Positions 28,618-38,336 of a stretch of 64,000 nt of DNA are shown piece by piece. Numbering within the stretch: the stretch's first letter is position 1; every line of letters starts with the position of its first letter. A program made the position numbers and the translations under genes. Source of the stretch: an uncultured Desulfarculus sp. (GTDB taxonomy: Bacteria; Desulfobacterota; Desulfarculia; Desulfarculales; Desulfarculaceae); NCBI GenBank assembly GCA_963665125.2, contig CAXXUK010000002.1:640001-704000 (forward strand). The letters are read 5' to 3'. Below the pieces are notes generated by a model that saw nothing but the letters and a program-made list of their open reading frames with translations, had not been told where the DNA came from and did not search any database.

Positions 28618-28860
28618 TTAAAAGTCCGAGGTTACTTCCAGCGTCACCATTACAGCTGATTTTGGTCCTTGTCTAAACTTTAAATATGGCGTTCCATCTT
28701 CAAGGCGAAGCCGCTCCCCATTGGCCGTGTTTACAGCCAAAATATCGAGCAAAACAAAACCTTGATTTTTAACGATAAATCTTTCGTCTTCGCTATAGCA
28801 TAGCACATCCATCTCCTGATCAAGTTTGCTTAAATATTCCCGAAGAGCCCCTACTTTCAT
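28618..28860 (-). CDS. Hypothetical protein (80 aa)
   Basis: AAGGAG RBS; co-oriented with the exonuclease and RES genes. Confidence 0.65.
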   Translation of the reverse strand: MKVGALREYLSKLDQEMDVLCYSEDERFIVKNQGFVLLDILAVNTANGERLRLEDGTPYLKFRQGPKSAVMVTLEVTSDF

Positions 28861-29453
28861 ATGATTGACTCCTTATTAAACAAAATCATCTAATAATTTC
28901 ATGACATTTTAATTTATGCGTAATACTTCACTCAGCTGCGTTCAATATTACTAACCAAATCTGTGACCATTCCACATGTTAAGTCATAGTGGCACATACG
29001 CCCGCTTACTGGATTATCAGTAGGCATGATGATTGACTTCGAGGCAAATAAGTTGAGGTGCATGTCTCGGTTACCACTTGACCATCAGTCCCAATCAATA
29101 TTTAAAACTAGTTCATGGATAGTCCCAAGGTCAACGGTTGATTTGATCGCATGTACTAATCGCCAGGCAAATTTCGAGCTTTTGCCTGACTTCAGGGAGG
29201 CTCTGCAAATGTCAACCTAGGTAGTAACCGTAATTTCAACGTGTGCCAAACAAGATGCATCATCGACAACTAATTAGTTTTTTTGACCACATCCCGCGCA
29301 TCTGCTTTAATTTTCATGCCTGCCCAGCGCTTATTGAGCCATTGTCGAGCCGTCAGCCCGCATCCAAAGCCAATTCACGCTAATCTATACCCGCGTCAAA
29401 CAACCGCTCGGCAAGCCCTGAACAAGTCCGCTTATTAACCTTAACCAACCCAA

Positions 29454-30128
29454 ATGGCATATCTATCCGCAGAAGAGATCGCCGAGGCAACCGGCCTGAC
29501 AAGCAACTTTATCGGGCGGTTATTGAATCAACTGCCCGAGGTGTTCGGCCAATACCGGCGCAAGGGCCGTAATCAGCGCAACGAAGTCGCGTCTGAGGCC
29601 CTGGCGATATTCAAGTTCATAACCACGCAAAAGGAGCTGAATCTGACCATCCCGGAAATCAGGGAGAAGATCGCCGTGTCGGGGTTTGCCCAGCCTGTCG
29701 AACAGGTTGACGAGCCCTTGTTGAGCCCTTTGCCAGCGCCGTCCATGGCTCATGAGCTTGCCGGGGAGCGGGAACGCTCCCGCGCGGCCGAGGAAACAGC
29801 GCATCGCGAGAAAATGGCCCACCTGGACACCAAGCAGGAACTACAGGAGATGCGCCAACGCTTGAGCGCCTATGAAAACACCGTGCTTTTGCTCAGCGAA
29901 GGCAAAACCAGGGATTTTGACGAATACCGGCAGCTTTCCGAAAGCGAAAAGGCCCGCCAGCGTGAGCGCGAGATCAAGGAGGAGGTGCTTTTCGAGGAAT
30001 ACCAGCAGTCCGGCTGGCTCAGGCGCGGTAAGAAAGCAAAAACGCTGGTCAAGCGACTCAAAGAGATGAGGGAGCGGGAGGCCTCAGATCAAGCCCCGGT
30101 CGCGGAGACGGCGGAGGTCGCTGACTGA
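29454..30128 (+). CDS. N-terminal HTH plus coiled-coil DNA-binding protein (plasmid segregation/stability-like)
   Basis: LSAEEIAEATGLTSNFIGR HTH; E/R/K-rich coiled-coil C-terminal half. Confidence 0.7.
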   Translation: MAYLSAEEIAEATGLTSNFIGRLLNQLPEVFGQYRRKGRNQRNEVASEALAIFKFITTQKELNLTIPEIREKIAVSGFAQPVEQVDEPLLSPLPAPSMAHELAGERERSRAAEETAHREKMAHLDTKQELQEMRQRLSAYENTVLLLSEGKTRDFDEYRQLSESEKARQREREIKEEVLFEEYQQSGWLRRGKKAKTLVKRLKEMREREASDQAPVAETAEVAD

Positions 30129-31103
30129 AAGATCACAGGCGTCGTTTGCCTCGGGTGGCACGAGGCTATCTTGTGCGGCTTTTTGCCAGTCAAAAGGATG
30201 GGCAGGCACTCCGGCCTGTTTCAGGACCGCCACAGCCCTTTCAGTGGCCTCGAATCCGGCTGCGTCCCGGTCAAACCAGATGACGACCCTTGGCAGGTTC
30301 AGAGTTTGGTGCCGGTCGACCAGTTTTCGGGCCTGTGCTTGGCTCAGATTCGCGCCGAAGGTGGCCACCGAGGGTATGCCCGCCTCGTGCAACTTGGCCG
30401 CGTCAAAGCAGCCCTCAACCAGGATCAGGCCGTGCTTAGACACGGCGGCCTTGACCTCGGCTTCGTCCAACAGATGGTGCCCATAAAGAAAGCAGGACTT
30501 GCTGAAGCCACCGTACACGCGCCACTTGCCCTCGGATTCGGCCTGGCGTTGATCCACGGCGCGGCCGATATGCGAAACCACCCGGCCAGCCTGGTCCTTG
30601 ATCTGGAAAACGTGACGGCCCGCCAGCTTGGCCTTGTGCGATGGGGGCAGGTAGCCAAAACCAAGCTCCAGCCTTGTGCGGTCTGACAAGCCTCGACGGG
30701 CGTATTCCTCGTGCGGCTCAAGGTAAGGCACCAAAGACGGCTGCTCGGGCAAAGGCTCTTTGGCTTCAATGCTGGACTTATGCGTTATCGGAGGATTCGG
30801 CGTCTCGATGCTCGCTTTGCAGAGGCCCAGCTCCAGCATTTCGCGGCCTGCCGCGTAACAATCGCGGCCACGGATTAGCTTGTAAAGCTCGATTGGACCG
30901 CCACCTTGCTGGGTAGAATGGCAATACCAGCGCCCGTCAAGCTGGATGTGCATGCTGGCGGTATTGTCCGGGCTGAAGGGCGAATGCAGCCAAATCTCGC
31001 CGCTAGATTTCTCTCTGGCAACACGCAGGCCCAAGGCTTCGACCAAAGCCAAGACGTTGACGTTTTTTCGAATATCAGTGAGTTTTTCAGGTGTTATCTT
31101 CAT
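30084..31103 (-). CDS. DnaG-like primase (degenerate CHC2 zinc finger plus TOPRIM)
   Basis: SPFSPDNTASM...WYCHST..GGPI; LILVEGCFDA, VATFGANLS, WFDRDAAG, NDACD. Confidence 0.85.
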   Translation of the reverse strand: MKITPEKLTDIRKNVNVLALVEALGLRVAREKSSGEIWLHSPFSPDNTASMHIQLDGRWYCHSTQQGGGPIELYKLIRGRDCYAAGREMLELGLCKASIETPNPPITHKSSIEAKEPLPEQPSLVPYLEPHEEYARRGLSDRTRLELGFGYLPPSHKAKLAGRHVFQIKDQAGRVVSHIGRAVDQRQAESEGKWRVYGGFSKSCFLYGHHLLDEAEVKAAVSKHGLILVEGCFDAAKLHEAGIPSVATFGANLSQAQARKLVDRHQTLNLPRVVIWFDRDAAGFEATERAVAVLKQAGVPAHPFDWQKAAQDSLVPPEANDACDLSVSDLRRLRDRGLI

Positions 31104-31680
31104 GAAGAGATTAGTATTTTTTCTTTCACCGCTAAGGCGGTGTTTTGCTCCCCTGCCCCTCAGCGGCCAAGTTTTGGTCGTTTTTAAGGGACCTCAAAAG
31201 GAGGCACTGGCCAAGAAGGCGCACTCATGCTCCAGACCGGTCAAAACTTGACATTTTCGGCGTTTTGTTGTGGTTTCGGATGGCTTTAATGAGCGAATTT
31301 GCGCGCGGTGACGTCGATTTTGCGGTGGCGGGATTGCTAGCCAATCGACGGCTCTGACGCGGCCGCCCCCTGTAGATGATTGGCTTTAGGAGTGCAACTC
31401 TGGTGAGTTTTGGCCCGTGACCTTTCCGCGTGGCCCCGGCTCCCCTTACGTCCCTCGGCACTCGGGTAGTTTAAAACCCAATTAGCTGAGTGGGATTTTA
31501 GTGGAATAACACGCGAGCCATATAGGCGTTACGTTATCCCACCCAACTAGTTGGGTTCTGGAGATAAAACTCGCAAATTGTTATTCCGCACACATTATAG
31601 GCGATGGGCTAACAGCGTCAAGTCATTGACTTAATTTCGGCTTGACCGATTTGGTGTTTTGTTGTCTGACGGGTATTGAA

Positions 31681-32001
31681 TCAGAGAATATCGCGGATAA
31701 ACGTGTTCAGCTTGCGGATTTTCGCGGTGTCATCTTTGCCGATGATCCGGCCGACCGAAGACGCCAACTCATTGGCCTCGGCATCGTCGGTAAAGGGTAG
31801 GGAAAGGAGTTCGCCTGCGGATATTTGCAGGGCTTCGGCGACCTTTTCCAGGGTGGCCAGGGTCACATTGGCCCGGCCCTGCTCGATCCTTTGGAAATAC
31901 TTGTAGCTGAGGCCCAAGGACTCCATGTCTTCCTGGCGGAGCCCTTTGTGCTTCCTGATTTCCTTGATTCTTTTCCCGATCATTTCGGCCAGTTGTGCCA
32001 T
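31681..32001 (-). CDS. XRE-family HTH transcriptional regulator
   Basis: IGKRIKEIRKHKGLRQEDM...YFQRIEQGRANVTLATLEKVAEAL; GAGGTG RBS. Confidence 0.92.
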   Translation of the reverse strand: MAQLAEMIGKRIKEIRKHKGLRQEDMESLGLSYKYFQRIEQGRANVTLATLEKVAEALQISAGELLSLPFTDDAEANELASSVGRIIGKDDTAKIRKLNTFIRDIL

Positions 32002-32261
32002 GCGCTCACCTCGCTACCATCTTTAACACCCCCTTTCGACGCCATGAAGCCATCTTAAAATGGCTATTTCGGCTTGACATGATAAGCTATAGGTGGCTAT
32101 ATGAAGCGTATGCAGGAACTTATAAGGTGCTTAAATTTGACAAGACAATTTGTATCTGCTTGAATTGACACGCGATATCAGCAGGTTAAATACTCTGAAA
32201 CCAAACCAATAAAACAAACATCACGTATCAGCCAGCCGTAAAGACACACGGAGGGAAGAAG

Positions 32262-32573
32262 ATGGAAATCGTTTACGAAGACGGCAAGGAAGTGCTCAAG
32301 CCTGAAAACGCATTCGAGTGGTTCTTTATCGGGAAAAAGACCTCGCGCGGGTCGGCTTTCTGGCAATACGCGCTTGCAGCGCTTTTCATTCTATGGGCTG
32401 TGTATGCCATTTACGTTCCGTACTACCAGGAACATAGGTCCTCTGCCTACAATCCAATCGGCTACCAGCTTAGAAATGCCGTTCCCCAAAACCACTCTGA
32501 AGGGGCATTGGCCTCCTTGCTTGGCCGGGATTACAACCGCCATAAGATCAGAAACAACATTTTGGGCCGATAA
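32262..32573 (+). CDS. Hypothetical single-TM protein
   Basis: GGAGG RBS; one hydrophobic segment. Confidence 0.55.
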   Translation: MEIVYEDGKEVLKPENAFEWFFIGKKTSRGSAFWQYALAALFILWAVYAIYVPYYQEHRSSAYNPIGYQLRNAVPQNHSEGALASLLGRDYNRHKIRNNILGR

Positions 32574-32680
32574 AATGCGGCTGTCCAAAACCCACCTTGG
32601 CCCCGGTCTCAGCACCGGGGCTTTTCTTTGGCTCCAAAATATTAAATAGTCTATAATATTAACAAAATAACCTAAAAGCC

Positions 32681-33631
32681 GTGTCTCTTCCCCGCAAAAT
32701 TGCATTCCTCATCCTCACAGCCCTGGTTTGCGTACTGGTACCCGGCCATGCGCTGGCTGACGATTCGCGCCTGGAAACGGCGGCCGACGCCCTGGAAGCC
32801 CAGTACGACGAGGTCGAGGCGCGCAAGGCCGACTTGGTCACCAAGATGCAGGCCGAGGATCAAATCGAATATCGGCAGGAAAAGGCGAAAGTCAATCAGG
32901 ACTGGATCAACGATGTCCTCAAACATGACGAGAGATCAAAGATCCTTCCAGGCACTCTACAAAATTCGCAAACGGGTATCCTGAGCGCCAGCGATCAACA
33001 GACCCTGCGCCGCAACATCCAAAACTACTGGCATAACCCCGAAAGCGAGCTGTATTCGCCCAGCCACCCGATGTACCGCGCCGCCACCTTGATGGAAAAG
33101 GCGGTTTTCGGCGAGGGCCTTACCAGCGCCGAGGCCGAGGAATTGGAGGGGTTGGGCGAGATGATCGGGCAGGAAATAGAGGACCTGGAGCGGCGGCAAA
33201 AGGAGGCTGCGGTGGCCATCAGCGCCGCTCAAGCCGCCTTGAACGAAAGCACCTTCGAACTGGAACAGATCAAATCCACGGGCATCGATATTTTCGAATT
33301 CATGGTGCCGGTGGGCGGAACTGACAAAATCGTCTACAACCGCCGCAACTCAAACGAACTGCTGCAAAAAACCATCATTCTTTACTATGACTATCTCAAG
33401 GTGATCATCACCACCCTGGTTTCATTGATGATCGTCTGGGGCGGCTTAGAATGGGCGTCCTCGGGCGGCAACCCCGAGCGTGTCAAATCCGGCCGAAACA
33501 AGATCGTCAACGCCTTGGCCTCGCTTGCGCTTTTCATTGTTCTGGGCCTGATCCTGCAAACCATCAACCCCGACTTCTTCGGCGATCCACCAGATAACAC
33601 CCAGCAGGAGACTGGTGGCAGCTCTCAATAA
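32681..33631 (+). CDS. Exported coiled-coil protein with C-terminal TrbC/VirB2-like (T4SS_pilin-type) domain
   Basis: Signal peptide ending ALA; C-terminal IVWGGLEWASSGGNPERVKSGRNKIVNALASLALFIVLGLILQTINPDFF. Confidence 0.75.
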   Translation: MSLPRKIAFLILTALVCVLVPGHALADDSRLETAADALEAQYDEVEARKADLVTKMQAEDQIEYRQEKAKVNQDWINDVLKHDERSKILPGTLQNSQTGILSASDQQTLRRNIQNYWHNPESELYSPSHPMYRAATLMEKAVFGEGLTSAEAEELEGLGEMIGQEIEDLERRQKEAAVAISAAQAALNESTFELEQIKSTGIDIFEFMVPVGGTDKIVYNRRNSNELLQKTIILYYDYLKVIITTLVSLMIVWGGLEWASSGGNPERVKSGRNKIVNALASLALFIVLGLILQTINPDFFGDPPDNTQQETGGSSQ

Positions 33632-33646
33632 TTCTTTTTCCTTCAA

Positions 33647-36436
33647 ATGATCAAAGCCAAATCCGAAATTCCCAAATGGAAGGTCGTCCTGTCGTCCGTG
33701 CTGATGCTGGGCATGACCTTTCATTCCTGCTTCATGAGCGGCCCCGGCCAGGGCGGACCCATCGAACAGACCATATCGATCCAAAAAGCCGAAGCCGTGG
33801 CCCCGGCCGTATGGCTGCTGGTTAGCATATTCGCCGCCGATGCCACCGCCGTGGCGACAACCGGTAAGAGCATCATCATCGGGCCGATCCTCAAGACGAG
33901 CTTCAACAACGTCATCGGCCCGGCCCTCAATGGTTTCCTGTCCTCGGTGGCCTACGTGGAATACGTGACCATCAAACTACTGAACATGGGCTACACCTAT
34001 TTTTACGACAAGATGTTTGACGTGCCACCGGAGGTTAAAACCATCTGGCAGAAGATGCGCGACTTCGTCAATATCTGCGCCGTGGTCGTGTTTATGGTTC
34101 TGGTGCTGGCCAATCTTTTTGGCATCAGGCCTAACACATATTCCATCAAAAAGGCTTTGCCGAGGGCGCTGCTGGCCCTTGTTGCGGTGAACCTCTCCTA
34201 TGTCATCGCCATATTCGTGATGGACAACGCCCGCTTGGTCACCGATATCATCGGCGGGCTGTTCGACTTCAAGGATGTCACCGACTTTCAGTTCGTGGAG
34301 TTTTCCCGCTTTCTGCAAGTGAATCCGGATTCGGTCCGAGATCAATTCACCCTCACCGTGCAGATCATCCTCTGCGGAATATTCATGTTCATGATGATCC
34401 TGCCGCTGTTCGCCATCACCGCCGCCCTGGTTATGGCCACGGTGATGATCTGGTTGCTGCTGGCCGTTTCGCCTCTGGCTTACCTTGGCCTGATGGTGCC
34501 CGGCCAGGACCAGATCTGGCGCTATTGGTGGAAATCGTTCATCACCCTGTTGCTGATTCCCATCAAGATCACCTTCATTCTGGGCATGGTTTTCATGGTC
34601 CAGAAGGCCTTTGTCTTCGGCTCGCTGGAAGGCATGGTCACCGAGGTAAGCAGCACCACCGAGCTGAACCAGAATGGCCTGGCCGCCGTGTTCGAGGAGG
34701 TGCTCAAGTATCTGCCGTTTTTCCAGGAGGCCAACTATGAGCAGGTCAACGCCAGCGTGCGCTTCGAGGGTCTGCTGATGTATGTCCTGGTGACCATGGG
34801 GCTGTGGGTCGCCGTGCGCAAGGCCCTGGACAATAGCCTCACCGGCCGGATTCTGGATTTCGCCGAGCGGGGCGGTAAGTTCCTGAGCCGCCAGGTGGGA
34901 AGGGCCACAGGAGCAGTCGGCTACGCGCCGTGGAGCGCCTTTAAGACGGCCAAGGCAGGCTTGGAGCGCCGCAAGGAGCGCAAGCATTTCGGCCGTCTGG
35001 CCTTAAACACCCGCAGCAAGGCCATGGACCTGATGACCAATGCGGCCGAACACCGCCGTATGGCGGGGACCGCCGCCACGGATGCGGATCGCCAAAGCCA
35101 CATTCAGCAAGCATTCGAGATGGAGGCCAAAGCCGATCACCTAAACAGCGATGTGCGCCACTACGACAATCTGAGCCAGAGCACCTTCCGCAAGCGCGGC
35201 AATCTGAAGGCCTTTCGCTCGGAACAGGAGAGCGTGGAAGAGCGGATCAAGGAGGTGAAGGAGCGCATGGCCAGGGGCGACAGCGTGGACAAGGACCGCG
35301 AGCTTGATTTCAACACCCAGCTTCGTTTGCTGGAAAACCGCAAGGCCGAACTGGCCCAGCACGACGAGGCGGGCAAGGAGACCCGCAAGGGCAGGCTGGG
35401 CGGAGCCACTCGCTTTGCCTCCGACTTTGCCGGGGAGACCGTGGGCGCTTACCTCAAGTCGGGCAGCGCCCTGGAGGCAGGCAAGAAGATTTTGATGCAG
35501 GCCAAAGGCAACCGGGAGTGGGCCAGGGATCAGGAAGCGACCGAGATCGCCCACAACGTGGCCAAGGCAATCACCTGGCTCAACACCAAATCGCCTACTC
35601 TGGGCGGCATCGTGGGCAAGACCGGCGCTGACGACTCCATCGAAGGCGCGTTGAATCGCGAGGTGGATGCAAAGCACAAGGATGCGGTCAAGGGCAAATA
35701 CGCCGATGTGTTGGAGCACGGCACCACCGGCGAGCTGATGAGCGGGCTGGAGTCCATCAAGAAGAGCGACCGCCTGTCCCAGGTGGCCCGCGAGACGTTC
35801 ATCTCCGCGCTGATCCAGAAGGCCGAGTTCATGTCCTTTGACGAGGCCAGGCGCTTCCAGAAGATCATCAACAGTGCGCATGACAAGGCCATAAAGGGCC
35901 TGGACAAGAAGGTCCGGCCGGAGTTTGAAAAATCCTTCAAGGACATGGCCGGGATCATGCGCTCCAAGTCGCCGTTCTTCATCAACGCCCGGATCACCGA
36001 CACCGGCTTTCACGGCTTTGCCGAGGGCGACGCCGCGTACAACCTCTCGAAAATTACCATGAACCTGGCCAAGAACCCGTCGTTCCCCGAGCTGATGAAT
36101 TTCCTCAAAAACGAGCTGGAGCAAGGCCGAAAGGTCTACAAGGGCAACTTCTCCAGCACCATCTACAACAATTTCAACGACAGGCAGCAGGCCGCGTACT
36201 TCGAGATTCCCGACGATTCCCTGACCAATATGAAATCTTTTGTGGATGCCTTTATCGCCGAGCAGGACGTAACCGTGCAGCAGGCCTTTCAGGACCTCAA
36301 GGACGAGATAGAGCAGAAGGAAGCGGACCGCGCGGCCGCCGACGCGGCAGACACCCGCACCATCAACCGCCTGGACCGCGAAATCACCACCCTGCAAAAG
36401 CAGCTGGCCAAGTTCCTGGAGAAGCTATCCATTTAA
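33647..36436 (+). CDS. Large VirB6/TrbL-like polytopic membrane protein with long charged C-terminal extension
   Basis: WQKMRDFVN...YSIKKALPRALLALVAVNLS...IWLLLAVSPLAYL..VPG...W.YWWK; about 8 TM segments then about 500 aa charged helical tail. Confidence 0.72.
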   Translation: MIKAKSEIPKWKVVLSSVLMLGMTFHSCFMSGPGQGGPIEQTISIQKAEAVAPAVWLLVSIFAADATAVATTGKSIIIGPILKTSFNNVIGPALNGFLSSVAYVEYVTIKLLNMGYTYFYDKMFDVPPEVKTIWQKMRDFVNICAVVVFMVLVLANLFGIRPNTYSIKKALPRALLALVAVNLSYVIAIFVMDNARLVTDIIGGLFDFKDVTDFQFVEFSRFLQVNPDSVRDQFTLTVQIILCGIFMFMMILPLFAITAALVMATVMIWLLLAVSPLAYLGLMVPGQDQIWRYWWKSFITLLLIPIKITFILGMVFMVQKAFVFGSLEGMVTEVSSTTELNQNGLAAVFEEVLKYLPFFQEANYEQVNASVRFEGLLMYVLVTMGLWVAVRKALDNSLTGRILDFAERGGKFLSRQVGRATGAVGYAPWSAFKTAKAGLERRKERKHFGRLALNTRSKAMDLMTNAAEHRRMAGTAATDADRQSHIQQAFEMEAKADHLNSDVRHYDNLSQSTFRKRGNLKAFRSEQESVEERIKEVKERMARGDSVDKDRELDFNTQLRLLENRKAELAQHDEAGKETRKGRLGGATRFASDFAGETVGAYLKSGSALEAGKKILMQAKGNREWARDQEATEIAHNVAKAITWLNTKSPTLGGIVGKTGADDSIEGALNREVDAKHKDAVKGKYADVLEHGTTGELMSGLESIKKSDRLSQVARETFISALIQKAEFMSFDEARRFQKIINSAHDKAIKGLDKKVRPEFEKSFKDMAGIMRSKSPFFINARITDTGFHGFAEGDAAYNLSKITMNLAKNPSFPELMNFLKNELEQGRKVYKGNFSSTIYNNFNDRQQAAYFEIPDDSLTNMKSFVDAFIAEQDVTVQQAFQDLKDEIEQKEADRAAADAADTRTINRLDREITTLQKQLAKFLEKLSI

Positions 36437-36445
36437 TCCAAAGCA

Positions 36446-37000
36446 ATGCCCAATCCCAAGCGCCCCAAAAAGACCGAGGCCAAGCACCAGGCCAGCGACC
36501 CCAGGGTCGCTCCTGAGGAGTTGCAGAAGCCCTTGCCGACCTTTAGCGCCACCCCGCATACCCAAAAGCTGTCAGAAACAACCCGGACGCCCCAGGCGCG
36601 GCCTGAATCCTCGGACCCGTTTCCTCCTTCATTCGCTTCCCGGCTGGAGGCCCAGACGGACCGGCGGGCGCGGCAGGCCGGGGTGAGCGCGCCCCAGGGC
36701 CTGAGCAACCGGGAGCAGTGGCAGTGGCGGGGCCGCAGCGAAAAGGCGGGCCTTGCGCTCCCCGGCCGCGACCGGCAGGCGCGGCAATCCACAATCTCTC
36801 ACGCTCTTGGCCAAGCCGGAGCAATGGCCTTGAAAGCGCCCCTGACCCTGGGAATGGAGGCTGTCAAAGGCACCGGCCGCATGGCCCTGGACGCGGCCAA
36901 GGCCCTGGCCCTGGTGGTGCGCGCGCCAGTGCTGGTCTTCGTCCTGATCTTCGTTATCTGCATCGGCCTGGTGATTGGCCTGACCATGCCCAAAGCCTAA
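36446..37000 (+). CDS. Hypothetical protein, disordered N-terminus and C-terminal TM anchor
   Basis: ORF packed tightly in the operon; C-terminal hydrophobic helix. Confidence 0.65.
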   Translation: MPNPKRPKKTEAKHQASDPRVAPEELQKPLPTFSATPHTQKLSETTRTPQARPESSDPFPPSFASRLEAQTDRRARQAGVSAPQGLSNREQWQWRGRSEKAGLALPGRDRQARQSTISHALGQAGAMALKAPLTLGMEAVKGTGRMALDAAKALALVVRAPVLVFVLIFVICIGLVIGLTMPKA

Positions 37001-37016
37001 AATTAACTTAATCTAT

Positions 37017-37523
37017 ATGACACAGACCCAAGACTTGAATCGTGCCCAGGAGGAGGTGCTGCTGACATGGGAAGCGGCCCAATGGGCCGAGCATCACAGG
37101 GGCAAAACCTGGTGGACCGTGGCCGGCACACTGGTGATGGCGGCCATCATCTTCGCCTTGATTTACGACGCCTGGAGCGCGGCGCTGGCCTTCGCCCTGC
37201 TTGCGGCCACCTATTATCTGCTGTCCCACGAAAAACCCGAGACCCAGGAGATCGTCATCACCGACTTCGCCATCCACATCGATGAAGAGTTCTGGCAGTA
37301 CTCCCAAATCCGCCATTTCTGGATCATCTATCACCCGTCAAACTCGGGAATGAACGCGCTCCAATTCGAGATCAAACAGGGCCGTTTCACCAAGGTGAAG
37401 AATGTCCTGCTGGAGGGCATGAGCCCGGTGAAGGTCAGGGACGTGCTCGCCCGGCAGATACCCGAGGCTGAGGGCAGGGAAGAGCGCGGAATGGATTTTT
37501 GGACCAGGGTGCTGAAGATTTAG
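37017..37523 (+). CDS. Two-TM plus PH-like domain protein (DUF5673-like)
   Basis: LLTWEAAQWAEHHRGKTWW, two TM helices, ITDFAIHID...YSQIRHFWII...LARQIPE. Confidence 0.7.
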   Translation: MTQTQDLNRAQEEVLLTWEAAQWAEHHRGKTWWTVAGTLVMAAIIFALIYDAWSAALAFALLAATYYLLSHEKPETQEIVITDFAIHIDEEFWQYSQIRHFWIIYHPSNSGMNALQFEIKQGRFTKVKNVLLEGMSPVKVRDVLARQIPEAEGREERGMDFWTRVLKI

Positions 37524-37584
37524 CGGTGAATCCGGAGTTTTTCAGAAAAGCGCTTGGATAATAAGGGGGTCGAGGTGGCTTTAA

Positions 37585-37847
37585 CTAGTTTGATGACTCC
37601 AGGATTTTTTGCAGACTCTTTTTAAGCTCGGGTAAGTCTTTTATGGCCGTTTCCCAAAGCACCGCCAGGGTTATCCTCAGGTAGTCATGAACAAGGCGGT
37701 TGCGCATGCCGATGATCTTGTGCCAAGCAACCTCTGAATGTTTTTCCTTTCAGAAAACTGCGCCTCGGTCATACCCTGCAAATGGCTCTCAATGGCAGAG
37801 ATGCTTTCGAGGATATCATCTATATATAATAGCTGGTTACGGCTCAT
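37585..37847 (-). pseudogene. HepT/DUF86 (HEPN) RNase toxin with internal deletion and frameshift
   Basis: N-terminus MSRNQLLYIDDILESISAIE; in another frame HSEVAWHKIIGMRNRLVHDYL (RxxxxH motif); the usual middle segment is missing; total length 263 nt. Confidence 0.82.
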
Positions 37848-38167
37848 AGGACCGGAACTTGTTGACTGAGAACCTGCTCGCGGATTCGCGGCTTGAGACT
37901 CTCGAAAAAGCCCAGATCAATCTTGCAACCCAACTCGGTGCTGAGTTCATCTTCAAGATCCTGAAGGTCAAACATGGATTTGCGGTTCGGGCCAAAGTCG
38001 ATGAGAATATCCAGATCGCTGCCCGGTCGCGCTTCGCCTCTGGCCATGGAACCGAAAATGGAAGCGCGCACCACCCCATGACGACGCAGAATCGGTTCAA
38101 TCCTGGACTTTATACTCTCCAGGTTTAGCTGGCGTTCGGGGCTGCTTTGATACTGTTGAGTTTCCAT
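37844..38167 (-). CDS. MNT nucleotidyltransferase antitoxin (MntA-like)
   Basis: IFGSMARGEARPGSDLDILIDF; overlaps the HEPN start by 4 bp; start ATG 38167. Confidence 0.9.
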   Translation of the reverse strand: METQQYQSSPERQLNLESIKSRIEPILRRHGVVRASIFGSMARGEARPGSDLDILIDFGPNRKSMFDLQDLEDELSTELGCKIDLGFFESLKPRIREQVLSQQVPVL

Positions 38168-38336
38168 TGACAATCCTAATAATTGAACACACGAGTAGTG
38201 TAGCAGATTGTGATTATTACACAAAGCCTTTCGAATAGTGTTCAAACACCTATAGTGCCCTGGCGGCGAGATTATTGGGAAACATTTCACAAGATTGGCG
38301 CAAATACCACCCAGTTCTGATGATTCCAATGCCGGA

